Source: Perna viridis | Lineage: Eukaryota | Assembly: GCA_037379345.1 (NCBI GenBank) | Contig: CM074511.1 | Location: forward strand, 16,492,001 to 16,556,000 | Direction of reading: 5' to 3' | Length of the DNA: 64,000 bases | Program-made: the position numbers and the translations under genes | Notes under the pieces: model-generated | Database searches by the model: none | Seen by the model: the letters and a program-made list of their open reading frames with translations, nothing else | What the model was told of the DNA's origin: nothing | Shown here: in pieces, positions 50,530 through 63,020 of the stretch | Numbering within the stretch: the first letter of the stretch is position 1 | Layout: each line of letters begins with the position of its first letter

Positions 50530-53520
50530 CTAAACGTCATCACATCTTGATAACACATCTGCAACAATATTCGTCTTGCCTGCAATGTAACAAATATTAT
50601 ATTTAAATTCCTGAAGTATCAAACTCCAACGTAGTAACCGTTGGTTGGTAGTTTTCATTCTCTGTAACCACTGTAAAGGAGCGTGATCTGTATTAATAGT
50701 AAACTCTTTACCCTCAAGGAAATTTCTCAATGTTTTTACCGCCCAAATGATAGCAAAGCACTCTTTCTCCACCACTGCATAGTTGCATTCAGATCCGGAA
50801 AGTTTCTTGCTGATAAACATGATTGGATGTCTCCCATCGTCAAACTCTTGTTCAAGCACAGCACCTAGACCCTTTCCTGATGCATCAGTCTGCAAAATAA
50901 ACTTTTTAGAAAAATCTGGACTCCGTAATACAGAGTCACTACAAATACAATCTTTCAGTTTGTCAAAAGCTTTTTGTGTTGTGTCTGACCATTTAACTTT
51001 GTTTGGTGCGTTTTTCTTTGTGAGGTCAGTTAACGGTACAGATATGTCTGAAAACTGTGGTATGAATTTCCTGTAAAAGCCGATGAGACCGAGGAATGAT
51101 CTGACCTGTTTCTTAGTTACAGGTGCCGGAAACTGCCGTATAGCGGAAACTTTGTCCTGTACAGGTTTAAGCTTACCACTTCCTGCAATGTGACCTAAAA
51201 ATTCCAGCTCACCATAACCAAATAAACATTTACTTGGTTTTGCAACGAGCTTTGCCTGTCTAAGCGAATCAAATACTGCTCGTAAATGCTCAATATGATA
51301 CTCCCACGTGTCGCTAAATATGCCAATATCGTCGATGAATGAATCAGCGAACTCGTCGTACCCTGCCAAAACTTTGTCCATCATACGAACAAAAGTAGCA
51401 CCTGAATTCATCATTCCAAACGGAGCAACAGTAAACTGATAATGTCCGAACGGTGTAATAAATGCGCTCTTCTGTCGACTAGCTGAATCAAGGGGGACTT
51501 GTCAATAGCCCTTCGTTAAATCTAATTTACTTATGTATCGTGCTCTGCTGACTTTATTTAGTACTTCATCCATTCTAGGCATCAAAACCGGATCAAAGAT
51601 TGTCTGTTTGTTTAAGTCCCGATAATCGACACAAAAACGAATTGTATTGTCTTTTTTCTTAACTAATACTATAGGAGCCGCATACGGACTATCGGAAGGC
51701 TCAACAATACCTGCAGCTAACATATCATCAATCTCTTTCTTAACTTTGTCTCTAAGTGCGTATGGTACTGGATACGGACGCTTGTATATTGGTTCATCTG
51801 TTTTTGTAATTACTTTATGTTCTATAATATTGGTTACCTTAGGTACATCACTAAAGATGTCTTCATACTCAGACAGTAGTTCTTGTAGCTGTTTGTTCTC
51901 TTCAACTGTCAGCTCTTGAGAAATGTTAACATCTTCAACACTTTCTTTTCTACGTAAGACGGGAGTAATTGCTGTATTCATCTCACTGTCATCTGTACCT
52001 TCACCTGTGTTAAGACCTGAAATTACCTTTACGCACGCAGCAACATCTGCTGTAACAGTATTACCCTTATCATTATCTACCCTTTCATGCCATAATTTGA
52101 GCATATTAACATGAAATACTTTTTCTTTTCCTCCTCTTACTCTGATTTTATAGTCAACTGGACTAACTTTGTCAGTAACTTCAAACGGTCCTTTCCAACT
52201 AGCTAATAACTTTGATGTATGTGTAGGCAATAACACCAGTACTTTTTGGCCAACCTCTAACTTCCTATCTCTTGCTTTTCTATCATAGTATAGTTTTTGT
52301 CTCTGTTTTGCCTGTTTCTCGTTTCCAGTGGCATACTCAGCCATTGTTCTCATTTTTTCTCTTGTATCTAATAAATAGCTCAATACAGAATGTTGACATG
52401 TACTCGGCTCTTCCCACTCCTCTTTCAGCACCGCAAGAGGACCTCTTATATGTCTGCCATATAACAGTTCAAATGGCGAAAACCCAGTGCTCTCATTTGG
52501 CACCTCTCTATATGCAAATAATAAGTAGGGGATATATTCATCCCATGTCTTTGGCTTTGCTCTTGCATATGCTTTCAACATTTTCTTTAGTACACCATTG
52601 AACTTTTCGCAGAGTCCATTACACATTGCATGATAAGGACTAGTGTGTAATTTACTTATTTGTAGTAATCTACATACCTCAAGCATCAATTCTGACATAA
52701 AGTTACTGCCTTGGTCTGTCAACAGCTCTCTAGCTATGCCAACCCTAGAAAATAGACTTATAAGAGCATTAGCAACGGTACTAGCCTCCTGATCTTTCAA
52801 AGGAATCGCTTCAGGGTATTTAGTTGCATAATCAACGCATACTAAAATGTAACGGTTTTTGCTATCAGTCATAGGCAAAGGGCCAACAAAATCAAGAGCA
52901 ATTCGCTGGAATGGCTCATCAATAGGGGGTATGCTAATCAGAGGGGCTCGTGGTACTCTCCCCTTTGCTGTACCCATTTGACAATCGGGGCACGATCTAC
53001 AGTATTCTGCTACTTCATTAAATATACCTGGCCAGAAGAAATGCTGCATAATTCGGTCTCTTGTCTTCTTATTCCCAAGATGTCCCGCTAACGGTATATC
53101 ATGTCCTAAAGAAAGAACTGTCTCTCTCAGCTGTCGTGGTAATACAATCTGATGTATAACTTCACCACTAGGCTTCGTATACACTCTATAAAGTAAATCT
53201 GAATTGTACATGAAATACGATTGTTGATCTTGATGATCGTCACAAACATATGATCTTACCTTATCTAAAGTCTCATCACTCTTCTGTAACTTAATCAGCT
53301 GTTTCCTGTCACAAACCTTAAAATCATTAGAAATATCTGAAAATTCTATAGGTTGTGATATGGGTGTATCACCACTAAGCCTAACTGTAGTCTCACCTAT
53401 CTTCCTATCTTCTTCAACCTGCTTCTTTCTTTGAGACCGAGTCTCAACTGCATGACATGGAATCTTATGAATCCTCTGAAACAAAAACATTTTCACCTCT
53501 GGTCTCTGGTACTTCTTCAA
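50530..53520 (-). pseudogene. pol: pol (integrase-RT-RNase H) with one in-frame nonsense codon at 51502-51504
   Basis: HDIPLAGHLG..CRSCPDC, IALDFVGP, TDQGSNF, NGLCEKFN and WKGPF, then IRFCVDYRDLN, LDLTKGY*QVP (W to TGA), FIDD, QTDASG, EKEC and ADVLSR. The two ORFs are in frame (87 nt apart). Confidence 0.93.
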
Positions 53521-54847
53521 TACTAAGTGGCACTGAGATATTCACCAAGTTACCAACTATCAAATCTGCGAACGGTGTATCTAAAATCAATGTGTTAACA
53601 TCGCCTGAAATATAAGGGGTTGAAACGTTAATGCACACCTCTGGACACTGCTTCACTGTACCGTCTGCTAAACATATGTCTCTATTATGACCTGTATAAT
53701 GATCTGAGCTAGTAAATTTACTATGAACAAATACAGTAGAACACCCAGTATCTCTTAAAACAGAGATTTTATCACTGTTAATCTTACCCTCAACTATATC
53801 GAGACCATGTACCTGCACTTTGTCTCCATTACATGAAACACCCGGTAACTTAACGGTTATACCACTGATATAGTCATCAACTGTATGACCCTGCTGTGTT
53901 TGTATGCATAAACCAAACTTACTTTGCTTATTCGTGCTCTCTTTGGACTTGTTTGCTCTTGAAGAACAATTTGGTGCTATATGACCTACCTTCTTACAAA
54001 TAAAGCAAGTTCTAGTCTCTTGTCGTCTTCCTTTCTGTTGAAAATTCTTACCTTGATGCTTTGCCTGATCTGTATTTATTCTCATATATGATTGTGGTTT
54101 AGAACTAACATGTTCGATTTTATGGGCTTGCTGAAATACCTCTGCTTTTTCTATCAACTCGTCAACAGTTTTCGGTTTCTGCTCCTTAATCCAAAGTTTG
54201 AGCTCTTGACTACAACTTACCATCAACTGTTCTCTTGTTACTAAATCAATAAATTTACTAAAGTCAGTACCTATCTCTTCACGTTCCAGCCAGTGCCTAA
54301 GAAAACCTACTAATCTGACGGCATACTCCTTGAATGATTCATCAGAAGATTGCCGGGCACTTCTGAACTTCTCCCTGTATGTCTCAGCAGTGAGCTCATA
54401 TCTAGATAAAATAGCAGTCTTAATTTGACCATAATCTCTACTGTCCTCTTCTGACAATCTAGAAAACGCTTCTAAAGCTTTCCCACAAAGTAAAGGGACT
54501 AATCTAAGGGCCCATTCTGGCTTGGGTATTTTGTGTAGGGTTACTAACTTCTCAAATGACTTCAAAAATATATCTGGGTCTTGATTTTCCTGAAACTTTG
54601 GAAGTTTTGATTTCAAATGTGAACTTGTCTGAGGTTGTGCTACACCCTGAGATAATTCTTTCTCTCTAAGTTCTAGCTCTTTTAACTTTACCTCCCTCTC
54701 CATCTCAGCCCTTCTCATCTCTCTTTCGGCTGCCCTCTCTTCCCTTTCTGTCGCCTGCATGTTTCTCAACAATTCTAGGCATACCTCTACTTTTTCACCC
54801 TTCTCTAACAACTCTGTAACCCATGTTGGCAGACCACCGGTTGCCAT
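53465..54847 (-). CDS. gag: gag-protease of the Gmr1-like element (SCAN-like capsid region, CCHC knuckle, aspartic protease)
   Basis: ETYREKFRS..ESFKEYAVRL...REQL...LKLWIKEQKPKT, CFICKKVGHIAPNC and LRDTGCS. Likely start MATGG at 54847. Confidence 0.9.
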   Translation of the reverse strand: MATGGLPTWVTELLEKGEKVEVCLELLRNMQATEREERAAEREMRRAEMEREVKLKELELREKELSQGVAQPQTSSHLKSKLPKFQENQDPDIFLKSFEKLVTLHKIPKPEWALRLVPLLCGKALEAFSRLSEEDSRDYGQIKTAILSRYELTAETYREKFRSARQSSDESFKEYAVRLVGFLRHWLEREEIGTDFSKFIDLVTREQLMVSCSQELKLWIKEQKPKTVDELIEKAEVFQQAHKIEHVSSKPQSYMRINTDQAKHQGKNFQQKGRRQETRTCFICKKVGHIAPNCSSRANKSKESTNKQSKFGLCIQTQQGHTVDDYISGITVKLPGVSCNGDKVQVHGLDIVEGKINSDKISVLRDTGCSTVFVHSKFTSSDHYTGHNRDICLADGTVKQCPEVCINVSTPYISGDVNTLILDTPFADLIVGNLVNISVPLSIEEVPETRGENVFVSEDS

Positions 54848-54989
54848 ACTATATAATACAAAATACAAAAATCAAAAATCAAATAAAAAAAAAAAATCCA
54901 ACAAACATAAAATAACACAAATATGTGTCAGAATAACACTCTCTGTCTATCTCTGACAGTCAATCTAATATGACAATTGACACAGTGAC

Positions 54990-55008
54990 AATCCCACCGC
55001 TGCCACCA
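54990..55008 (-). other. Primer binding site complementary to the tRNA-Leu 3' end
   Basis: The plus strand reads AATCCCACCGCTGCCACCA, matching the 3' end plus CCA of tRNA-Leu (AAG/TAG type), 1 nt from the LTR. Confidence 0.88.
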
Positions 55009-55009
55009 T

Positions 55010-55975
55010 TGTAAAGAAGTAAGTTCTTTGGATTGTCAAGTGGCCAATGTCATATAAAACAAAAAAAATGTAAAACATAAATTTAATAAACAAAACAAAC
55101 TAAAGTAAATTCAAGATAAATGACATCATGAAATGAATAAACATAAACGTAACTAAATATACACGCACAAGACAGAACTAAATATAATGGAATGAAATAA
55201 ACACATAAACTAAATGATTCGCAGTCTCAACACACCACCATTTTTTCTGCACACCTCCCGGTAAGGTCGAACGTTGCATGTACTGTAAAATTAACGAATG
55301 AAATGGGTTGTTTCCCTTGGACTTTTGTTATAATTATAACTGGACGAAATATAGACTAATTTCACACATTTTTTGTAGATTTCTATATTGACGAAGAGAA
55401 CACCAGATGATATATATTTCACTATAATGCTGTATTCAGTAAGCCATGACTGGTTAAACGAACATATCTAGCACGGACTTCTCGGTTACTTTACAAATTA
55501 ATATAACGGACTTTGTGCTCCAAAAATAATAAATTCCTAGCTTTCCAACGGTTTTTTTTTTAATCACCGACATTACTTCACCGACTCTAGGCGTTATTAC
55601 ACCATCTCGGGAACATCAGGTTGATAACCATTTTATCACCGACAGGTCGACGCTTCTAGCTATGTGCAAGACGCACACCAAAACCGGGTCTAAAAACCCC
55701 TGAGTATTGTAAACATTAGCCTAGGGATATCCATGTCCTGAATTGACAATTATAATTCCCCACTGCTACTTTACCAAACTCAATGCTTCACTCAATGACC
55801 ATGTGCCGACTGATATAAAACTCACCTGTTAAATTTCTATACGTGTACAATCTCGTGATTTCACAAAAGGTCTACTTGATTCGATTTACCGATGTTAGTG
55901 GTATTTAAAGCTAGGATAGTTTAAATAGTCCTGTATGGAAAAAATGTAAACGACAATTAACTGAAGTTTGTTACA
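55010..55975 (-). repeat. 5' LTR (966 bp)
   Basis: Differs from the 3' LTR by a poly-T length (10 vs 14) and about 4 substitutions seen by eye. Confidence 0.97.
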
Positions 55976-56205
55976 AAGATGAAAATGTTATTATAGTTGT
56001 CAAAAACCAAAATTGAATTGATCGAGTGAATAAATGAATGAATTAATGGAGCAGTAACAAAAGATAGCTTTTTTTGATATGGTAGATACTTGGATAAATG
56101 TAGGAGTCACAACTATAACTGTTCAATGAGAATTGGTAATCTCCTGAACGAAATTCCTCCTAGTGAAAGTAGTAATGTAAACATTCAACTTTACAGGTTA
56201 CTTAC

Positions 56206-56841
56206 TATACTCGGCGTCACATAAATAACATACTGTTAAAATTTGAATAAAAATATTTTCTACGACTTTATTGACACCTACCTTCGTTTAAATTGTCTTA
56301 AATGACTTGCTCATTCGTTTAGCCAAACGGCTTCTCCCTAAACATTGAATCGTTAAATTCCGGTCAGATTTTAATTCTAGGTGCCAATATTTACATTGTA
56401 AAAAGTCGGCCATGTTTACAGTAATCGGGTTGCTAGGAGATGTTGTTTACGTTTAAATGGTTTATCCAAAAACCGAAGAACCCAGAATGCATTTCGGCGT
56501 TATTTCGGATATCTCGGATTTATTTTACGCGAACAACGTACAATACCGAGAAGTTAATCAAGCAGACGATTGTCACCGGAGTTCGACGGGAACTTACGAA
56601 CTTCGTTTGTAAACAAATCGTCCCGTAGAAACCAACATGGCGGATATTAGTATGGGATTTTCCCGTAAGGATTTGTTACGCATGATTTAAGCTAAAAGCG
56701 ACTTGTTCAGGGAGAAGCCGTTTGGCTAAACGAATGAGCAAGTCATTTAAGACAATTTAAACGAGGTAGGTCTCAATAAAGTCGTAGAAAATATTTTTAT
56801 TCAAATTTTAACAGTATGTTATTTATGTGACGCCGAATATA
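56206..56841. mobile_element. MITE with terminal inverted repeats of about 138 bp and probable TA target duplication
   Basis: 56206-56344 is the near-perfect reverse complement of 56704-56841 (TATACTCGGCGTCACATAAATAAC... / ...GTTATTTATGTGACGCCGAATATA). Confidence 0.9.
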
Positions 56842-57946
56842 GACTGATTTATTGGATTGTTTGTGTTAGTGTGGAGATACAAATGTTTACCTCGGCAAAT
56901 ATGATGATTGGAAATCTAAATTATTATTTTTGTTCAAGAATTATATCTAGTTTAAAGTGTCCATCATTATTCGATTGTACAACGACGTTTGGTTGGGATT
57001 ATGTCAGAGAATTTTGAAAGACCTGTCTGCAGCGGTTAGTAAGGGAGGAAACGAACATCCACTGCTGTGTGGAGCTTTTGAGAGACGTTAATTGTAGAGT
57101 GATCACAAATATATTATGGACGGGCGGTTGCGTTACAATATCCCATCGCAATTTTGTTGGCGAGGGGATTATAAGACAGTTAATATATTCCTTTTAACAC
57201 ATCTGTAAATGATGTCTTTTGCTTCGTGTAAAGTTTCATTCAAATCCATTAAGTTGTTTACGAGATATGCTTACGATAAATGTGGAACAAAACTGCTAAA
57301 TTCTAATGATATATTTTGTGTTGGAATCATATTTTTTTATTTTTGAAGTTTCATTGGCATGTAAAGGCGTCGAACAATCGAACGGTCGCACATTTTTTAC
57401 ATGAACGCTTTATTAAAAATATGCTATGATTATGCAACGCTTTTATAAAACGGCGGAAGAAAATTCGGGTACAAATCTAAAATTGTCTTTCATAAAGTTT
57501 TTCATTCACTATATTGAAAAATATAAACATGATGAATAGTTGATAAATCTTCCTAGCTTTGAATCTGAAGCGGGAAGCATTATGTGTAAGATGCATGATT
57601 AATGAGAAATTCCGAAGTAAAAATATCAAGGAGATGACCGTAACGAAGAAAGTGAGATGACCGAAACTGCACTAGAGACCAACGAACGGGTTTTTTTAAA
57701 TGGGGATGTTTTAGACGAAATACTTAATAATGTGCTTACTTCGTATTATTTTAAATCTATTCTATATTCTACAATTTTATGTTTTTTGAAGAAAAAATAC
57801 CAATTGAAAAAATATGTGGTTGGACGACAAAGTGCTAGTAAATTAGCTTACTCTACAAACACATTTGCGCTCATGCTGAGAAGAATAAACTACAATTATA
57901 AAATCATATGTGCAACCACTTAATTGGTAAATAAGGCGCCTTCTTT

Positions 57947-60900
57947 TAGATAGATAGATAGATAGATATATATCTTTATTCTCATAAACTGAACATAGTT
58001 ATAGAGAAGATCACAAAATAATATAATATATGCAGTAACTGCTGCATGTGTGGAAATACATACAATACATACATTATAATATGTTAACCAGAAGGTGCTA
58101 GCTTCGAAGAAATACGTTTGATTAATTTACATAATTTTTCAAGCTCAAAAATGTTTTCTGTTGACATGATACGACAAAAATTTAAAATATTAATACGAGT
58201 AAGATAATCTGTAGACAAATATTTACGACGCTCATTTTTAAAAGCATCACATGACACAATGAAGTTGAACTCATCGCCTATATCAGTGGAGCCACACAGG
58301 TGAGAGGATCTCTCTTCACGTGGAATATTCTGCCATCTGCCCACCTCCACAGGTAGTTGATGATTTCCACACCGAAATTTACTTAATATGAATAGGAAAT
58401 TAAATGGTAATATATTAAGATAATTTTCAAACTTAAATTCAGTCTTGTAAATTCTGTAACATAATGACTTTGATGAGTTATTAATATCTGATAACCACTC
58501 TTGTAAAAATTGATCCTTTAATTTTTGCTTAAGTGACTCAATTATCCATTCTCTTGCATACAGTTGTGTATTTTGCCAGATATTGCTCATTCCGCAATTA
58601 TCAAAAATACTTTTAATATAACAAGCCCAATTGTTTTCATACCCGTAATTCATATAATATATGTAGAGTAATCTACAAAGAATAGACGATATCTTATTCT
58701 CACTTTTATTTAACCGAATCCAAAAATCTACCATTCTCAACTTGATCTTAATAGAAAGTGGATATTGACCAAGCTCTCCGTATACCATATAATTAGGAGT
58801 TGACTGTTTTAGTCTTAAAATGTGTTTGCAAATGTGCAACTGTATTTTTTTCAATTATATTTATATTTTCAAAGCCCCATATTTCACTTCCATACAATAA
58901 TATAAAGAAATTGCCTTGTCAAACATATCAAGTTGACATCTTATTGATAAATTATTAGATCTGCATTTCTAATCACGGAGTACAACGCTTTCATAGCTTG
59001 TTCTCTGAGGTATTTTCTTGTTGCAAGAAATGAACCATTACTAGGAAAAATGATACCAAGATATTTATTTTATTTAACTATTTCCAATTCTCTTCCATTT
59101 GTATAAAACTTTAATTTTTTTGAAACTTTACCTTTGGAAAATACCATTACTTTAGTTTTATCAAAGTTAATTTTCAGCCTCCACTGATTACAATATTCTG
59201 AAGTGTCCAAAAGTAGCTGCAGATCAGTGCTTGACTCTGCAAGCAATACAGTGTCATCTGCATATAAAAGTAGAAATAATTTAAAATATAAATTCAACTC
59301 TATATCAACTTCTGTGCTAATGGACTTTAGACCATCCAGATTCGAGTTTCCCAAATACTGTTCTAATCATTAAGGTATAGTGAAAAGAGGAGAGGAGACA
59401 GGTTTTCTCCTTGTCTTACGCCAATTTCACTAGAAAAAATATCTGAGGTCTGGTTATTATATCTTACATGGGATTTTACATCATTGTATATGTTTTTTAT
59501 AACCCTAAAAAAATTACCATCAATATTATTTAAAATAAGTTTATGTAGTAAAGAATTTGTATGCACGAAATCTCGAAATCTACAAAAGTAACAAACAATC
59601 TCTTTCCTCTAAGACGAAGTAGCTCAAACAATGCATATAATGAGAAAATATGGTCAGTAGTTGAATATCCTTGCCGGAAGCCTGCCTGATTTTCATTTAA
59701 AATACTTAATTCTTCTGTAAAATTACTCAATCTTTGATTAAGAATCGACGTAAAAATCTTACCTAGACAAGACAATAAAGTAATAGGCCTATAATTTTTA
59801 GCCTCTAAAGTACTTCCTTTGTTCTTGTAAATAGGTATTATATTCCCTATCAACCAGGCCTCCGGCAGAATACCTGTGTCGAAAATTATATTGGAGAATT
59901 TTTCATAAACTTCTATCATAATGTCCAAGGACGAAGCTATATATCCATTAATAATTTTGTCTTCTTCAGGCGATTTGTTATTTTTCGCCTTTTTTTACTG
60001 CAGATAAAATCTCATCTCTAGTAATGATGCTACTAAGAGTCTCATTAATGGACTCTAAATTTAATCTACTATCAATGTCATAATCATCGGTGTGATTATT
60101 CTTATTCAAATCTTTGAAAAAGTCAAACAAAACTTCAATACTTATATCGCTTTTTCCTGCATATTCCCTTTTATTAAAAATTTTCCAAAACTATTTTGGA
60201 TTTTTACTTTTCATACATTTCATTTTCTGTCTTAGGTCTTCATTCTTTTTATTTATACTCTTATTCATAATATCTTTATAAAATTCCTCACTTTGTCTTA
60301 ATCTTTCGTTAAATAAGTTTGATCCATAATGTTTAAAAAGTCGATTAGCTTTTCTAAATTCTTTTCTAGCTTTATGACAATCTGAGTTAAACCATAATTT
60401 GTCATGTTTAATTTTTTTCTTTGAGTTATGTTCAAAATTACTCACCCCACACGTATTTCTTGCACAATCGAGTAAAATATTCGTAATTTCATTTGAGAAA
60501 CGTTCTACTTCATGCTTTAGTACATCATCTAAATTACCACTTGGTAACAATGTAAGAAGAGAATTAATTTTTTGCTGATTTAAATTACTCTTAAAACTAT
60601 TAACATTTTCAGGATTCCATTTCTTAATTCTCACTCCGGAACTTTAATTGTCCTGTATAGTATGATTAAACTTTGACTGAGCAATATTTATTTCTACACA
60701 TAAAGGAGAATGAACATCTGAAAATAAACTTGAAAAATCTAAAACTTCGAAATCATTGATACATTCTAACATACTTGATGTACACACAATATAATCTATT
60801 ACGCTGTCATGTTTTGTTGTGACTCGACCGACTATGTCCTGACCTATTCTACCATTCATTATAAAAATCTTATTGTTTTTTACAAAAATCAGTAAATTTT

Positions 60901-63020
60901 CTACCGTATGTATTTACAACTAAATCGGGATTATTTCTAATCCTTGATAAATTTAGCAAATCTAATTTTGAAACATCAGTACAATCAATATCTATTTCCG
61001 TATTGTTATCAATATAAAAATTTCCAATATCACCATAAAAATCTTTTAAACTTGCCGTTCTACTATTAAAATCTCCAAGAAGGAAAATATGATCTGTTTT
61101 TTTTTTTGGTGAAAACGTTAAATTTCAACTTCTATTTCATCAAACGCATCATCCGATGCATATTTCGTATTAATGGGTGGTATATATACAATACCAAAAA
61201 TTATATTTTCTTCTATACCATAAACAGTTTTATCTACTTGAAACCATAAGACAAAATCTGATTCAGATTCTAAAACTTTAATATATTTTTCAAAGTATTT
61301 TTTATAACCCAAGGCTAAACCGCCTGATCTAAGTAGTGAAATTTTATGCCTATTTTTAAATTTAAATATAAAGTCATCGCATTCGATCAAGTCACAATCA
61401 TCAAGTCGTGTTTCGGTAAAACACAATATATCAAATTCGTTTAACAATGACCTAAATTCAGGATATTTCAATCTACTTTTAAGTCCACATACATTCAATG
61501 ACAAAATGTTAACACTGTTATGACTGTTTTTATTTACAAAATTAGGGTCTATTGTTGAGGTACTAGACTGTTCAATATTGATCGTCTGATCTTCGGTTAA
61601 GGTTGATCGCTCTCCATGGTTGTCCTAATATGACTGGTGAAGGGGGTCTCGACGGGGTCGTCCAGAGTCTCTAGTTTTCGGTCGTGCTCCTTGGCCTTCA
61701 TATCGTTGTCGCAGGTTGTCACCATTAATGTCATTTGTTTCCATTCGCATTCTATTGTGTTTAACAGAGGGGAAAACTTCCGTGCCATCAACATATAATC
61801 GATCTCGTTTAAAATGAGCCTTCTTATTTTGACGTCTAGCTTCTTGAAATTGTGGCCATAATTCTTTCCGTTTATCGTTTACTTCTTTCGGAAATTGTTC
61901 CGTAGACGGTTCCCTTAAGCTCTTTTGCGGATTTTCGGACACGCTCTCGCTCCTTAAAGTTTCGAAATCGGCAAACAATTGATTTTGTCGTATACTTAAC
62001 ATTTCCGCTTCGATCTTTAATCTCGTATTCTTTTCCGAATCTGTGCGCTCTATGATAAGCCCCTATTTCATCCATTTTCAATTGTCTAAACATGAAATCG
62101 TCAAGTACTTTTTCGGTGTCATCAGAAGATTCATATTTGTTCGGCATGGAAATTCCGGTAAAAATGAGATTTTCCCGCATTTATCGTGTTTGAAGGTCAA
62201 TGTGTCTATTGTGAAGTTCCTGTAAATCAGTTTTCATTTGACCCATGTTTTTGCACATTTCAAAATTATCTGCTTTAATTTCTGTTAGTAAAGATTTTAC
62301 TTCTCGGACTTCGGATTTACTATATTCAAAAGTTTCGTTGATGAAATTCACACCCTTCTCTATATCGTCTACTCTTTTGGTAACATTTTCAACAGTTGTC
62401 GTCAGATTTTTAACTGTCTTGTCAAACGAGGTAAGTTTTTCTGTGAGTGAATCAATGGCCGACAGTTTATCACAAATTTCGTTGAGTTTCATAGATAAAT
62501 TGTCTAGTTTTGTGTCTGTATCTCTTGCATCGGTCTGAAAGTGATTTTGTTGCATAGGCGGTATCAAACTGTGTGGTTTACTAGTATAGAAACCGACACA
62601 CGGAGAGGTGGGCCACTGATGATAATTTGGAGGAGGTATTCGAGGCGGGACAGGCAGCTGTTGGAATTGCTGGAATTGTGGTATATACTGCTGTTGTGGG
62701 ATTGTAGAATCAAGCATTGCTGGGTTGGGGCTAGACATTTCGTTAGTTTGTGTATTGATCTTTTCGGGTTTATTTACATGTGGTTTAGTTGAGTGGGTTT
62801 GGTGAGACTATTCGATTTCTTATTTGGTTTTTCATCGCTGACATTACCCTCTGTTTTTTAACTTTTACGAATTTTCTTGGCTTCATTTGGCTTAAACTTT
62901 GGTCCCATTAAGATCCACAGATATCAGAAATGATAGAAAACACTAAAAAGTTCATTATAAACAGCTTTCACAATATTTCTTTTCCTTTCTTTATCGGAGA
63001 GAAAAAAAAGTCCGTCATTT
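57947..63020 (-). mobile_element. Near full-length decayed non-LTR retrotransposon (ORF1 plus APE-RT ORF2; probably RTE-X-like) with (TCTA)n tail
   Basis: ORF1: coiled coil, RENLIFTGI, HRAHRFG, EQFPKEV (61625-62908). ORF2: SLNVCGL/FTET/GDFN/SDVH endonuclease, YRPITLLS, QAGFR, GVRQGENLSP, YADD, and C-terminal KFRCGNH.LPVEVGRW..GDEF. AATAAA and a tetranucleotide tail at 57947-57980. Multiple frameshifts. The 5' end is approximate. Confidence 0.9.

Larger units (their letters stand above)
49415..55975 (-). mobile_element. Full-length Gmr1-like Ty3/Gypsy LTR retrotransposon (gag-PR-IN-RT-RH)
   Basis: Two near-identical TGT...ACA LTRs. TSD AAGAT (49410-49414 and 55976-55980). PBS and PPT present. 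Integrase lies upstream of RT. Confidence 0.97.

Noticed and set aside
54990-55008. tRNA gene
   Set aside because: Only the 3' 19 nt including CCA are present, adjacent to the LTR. This is a primer binding site.
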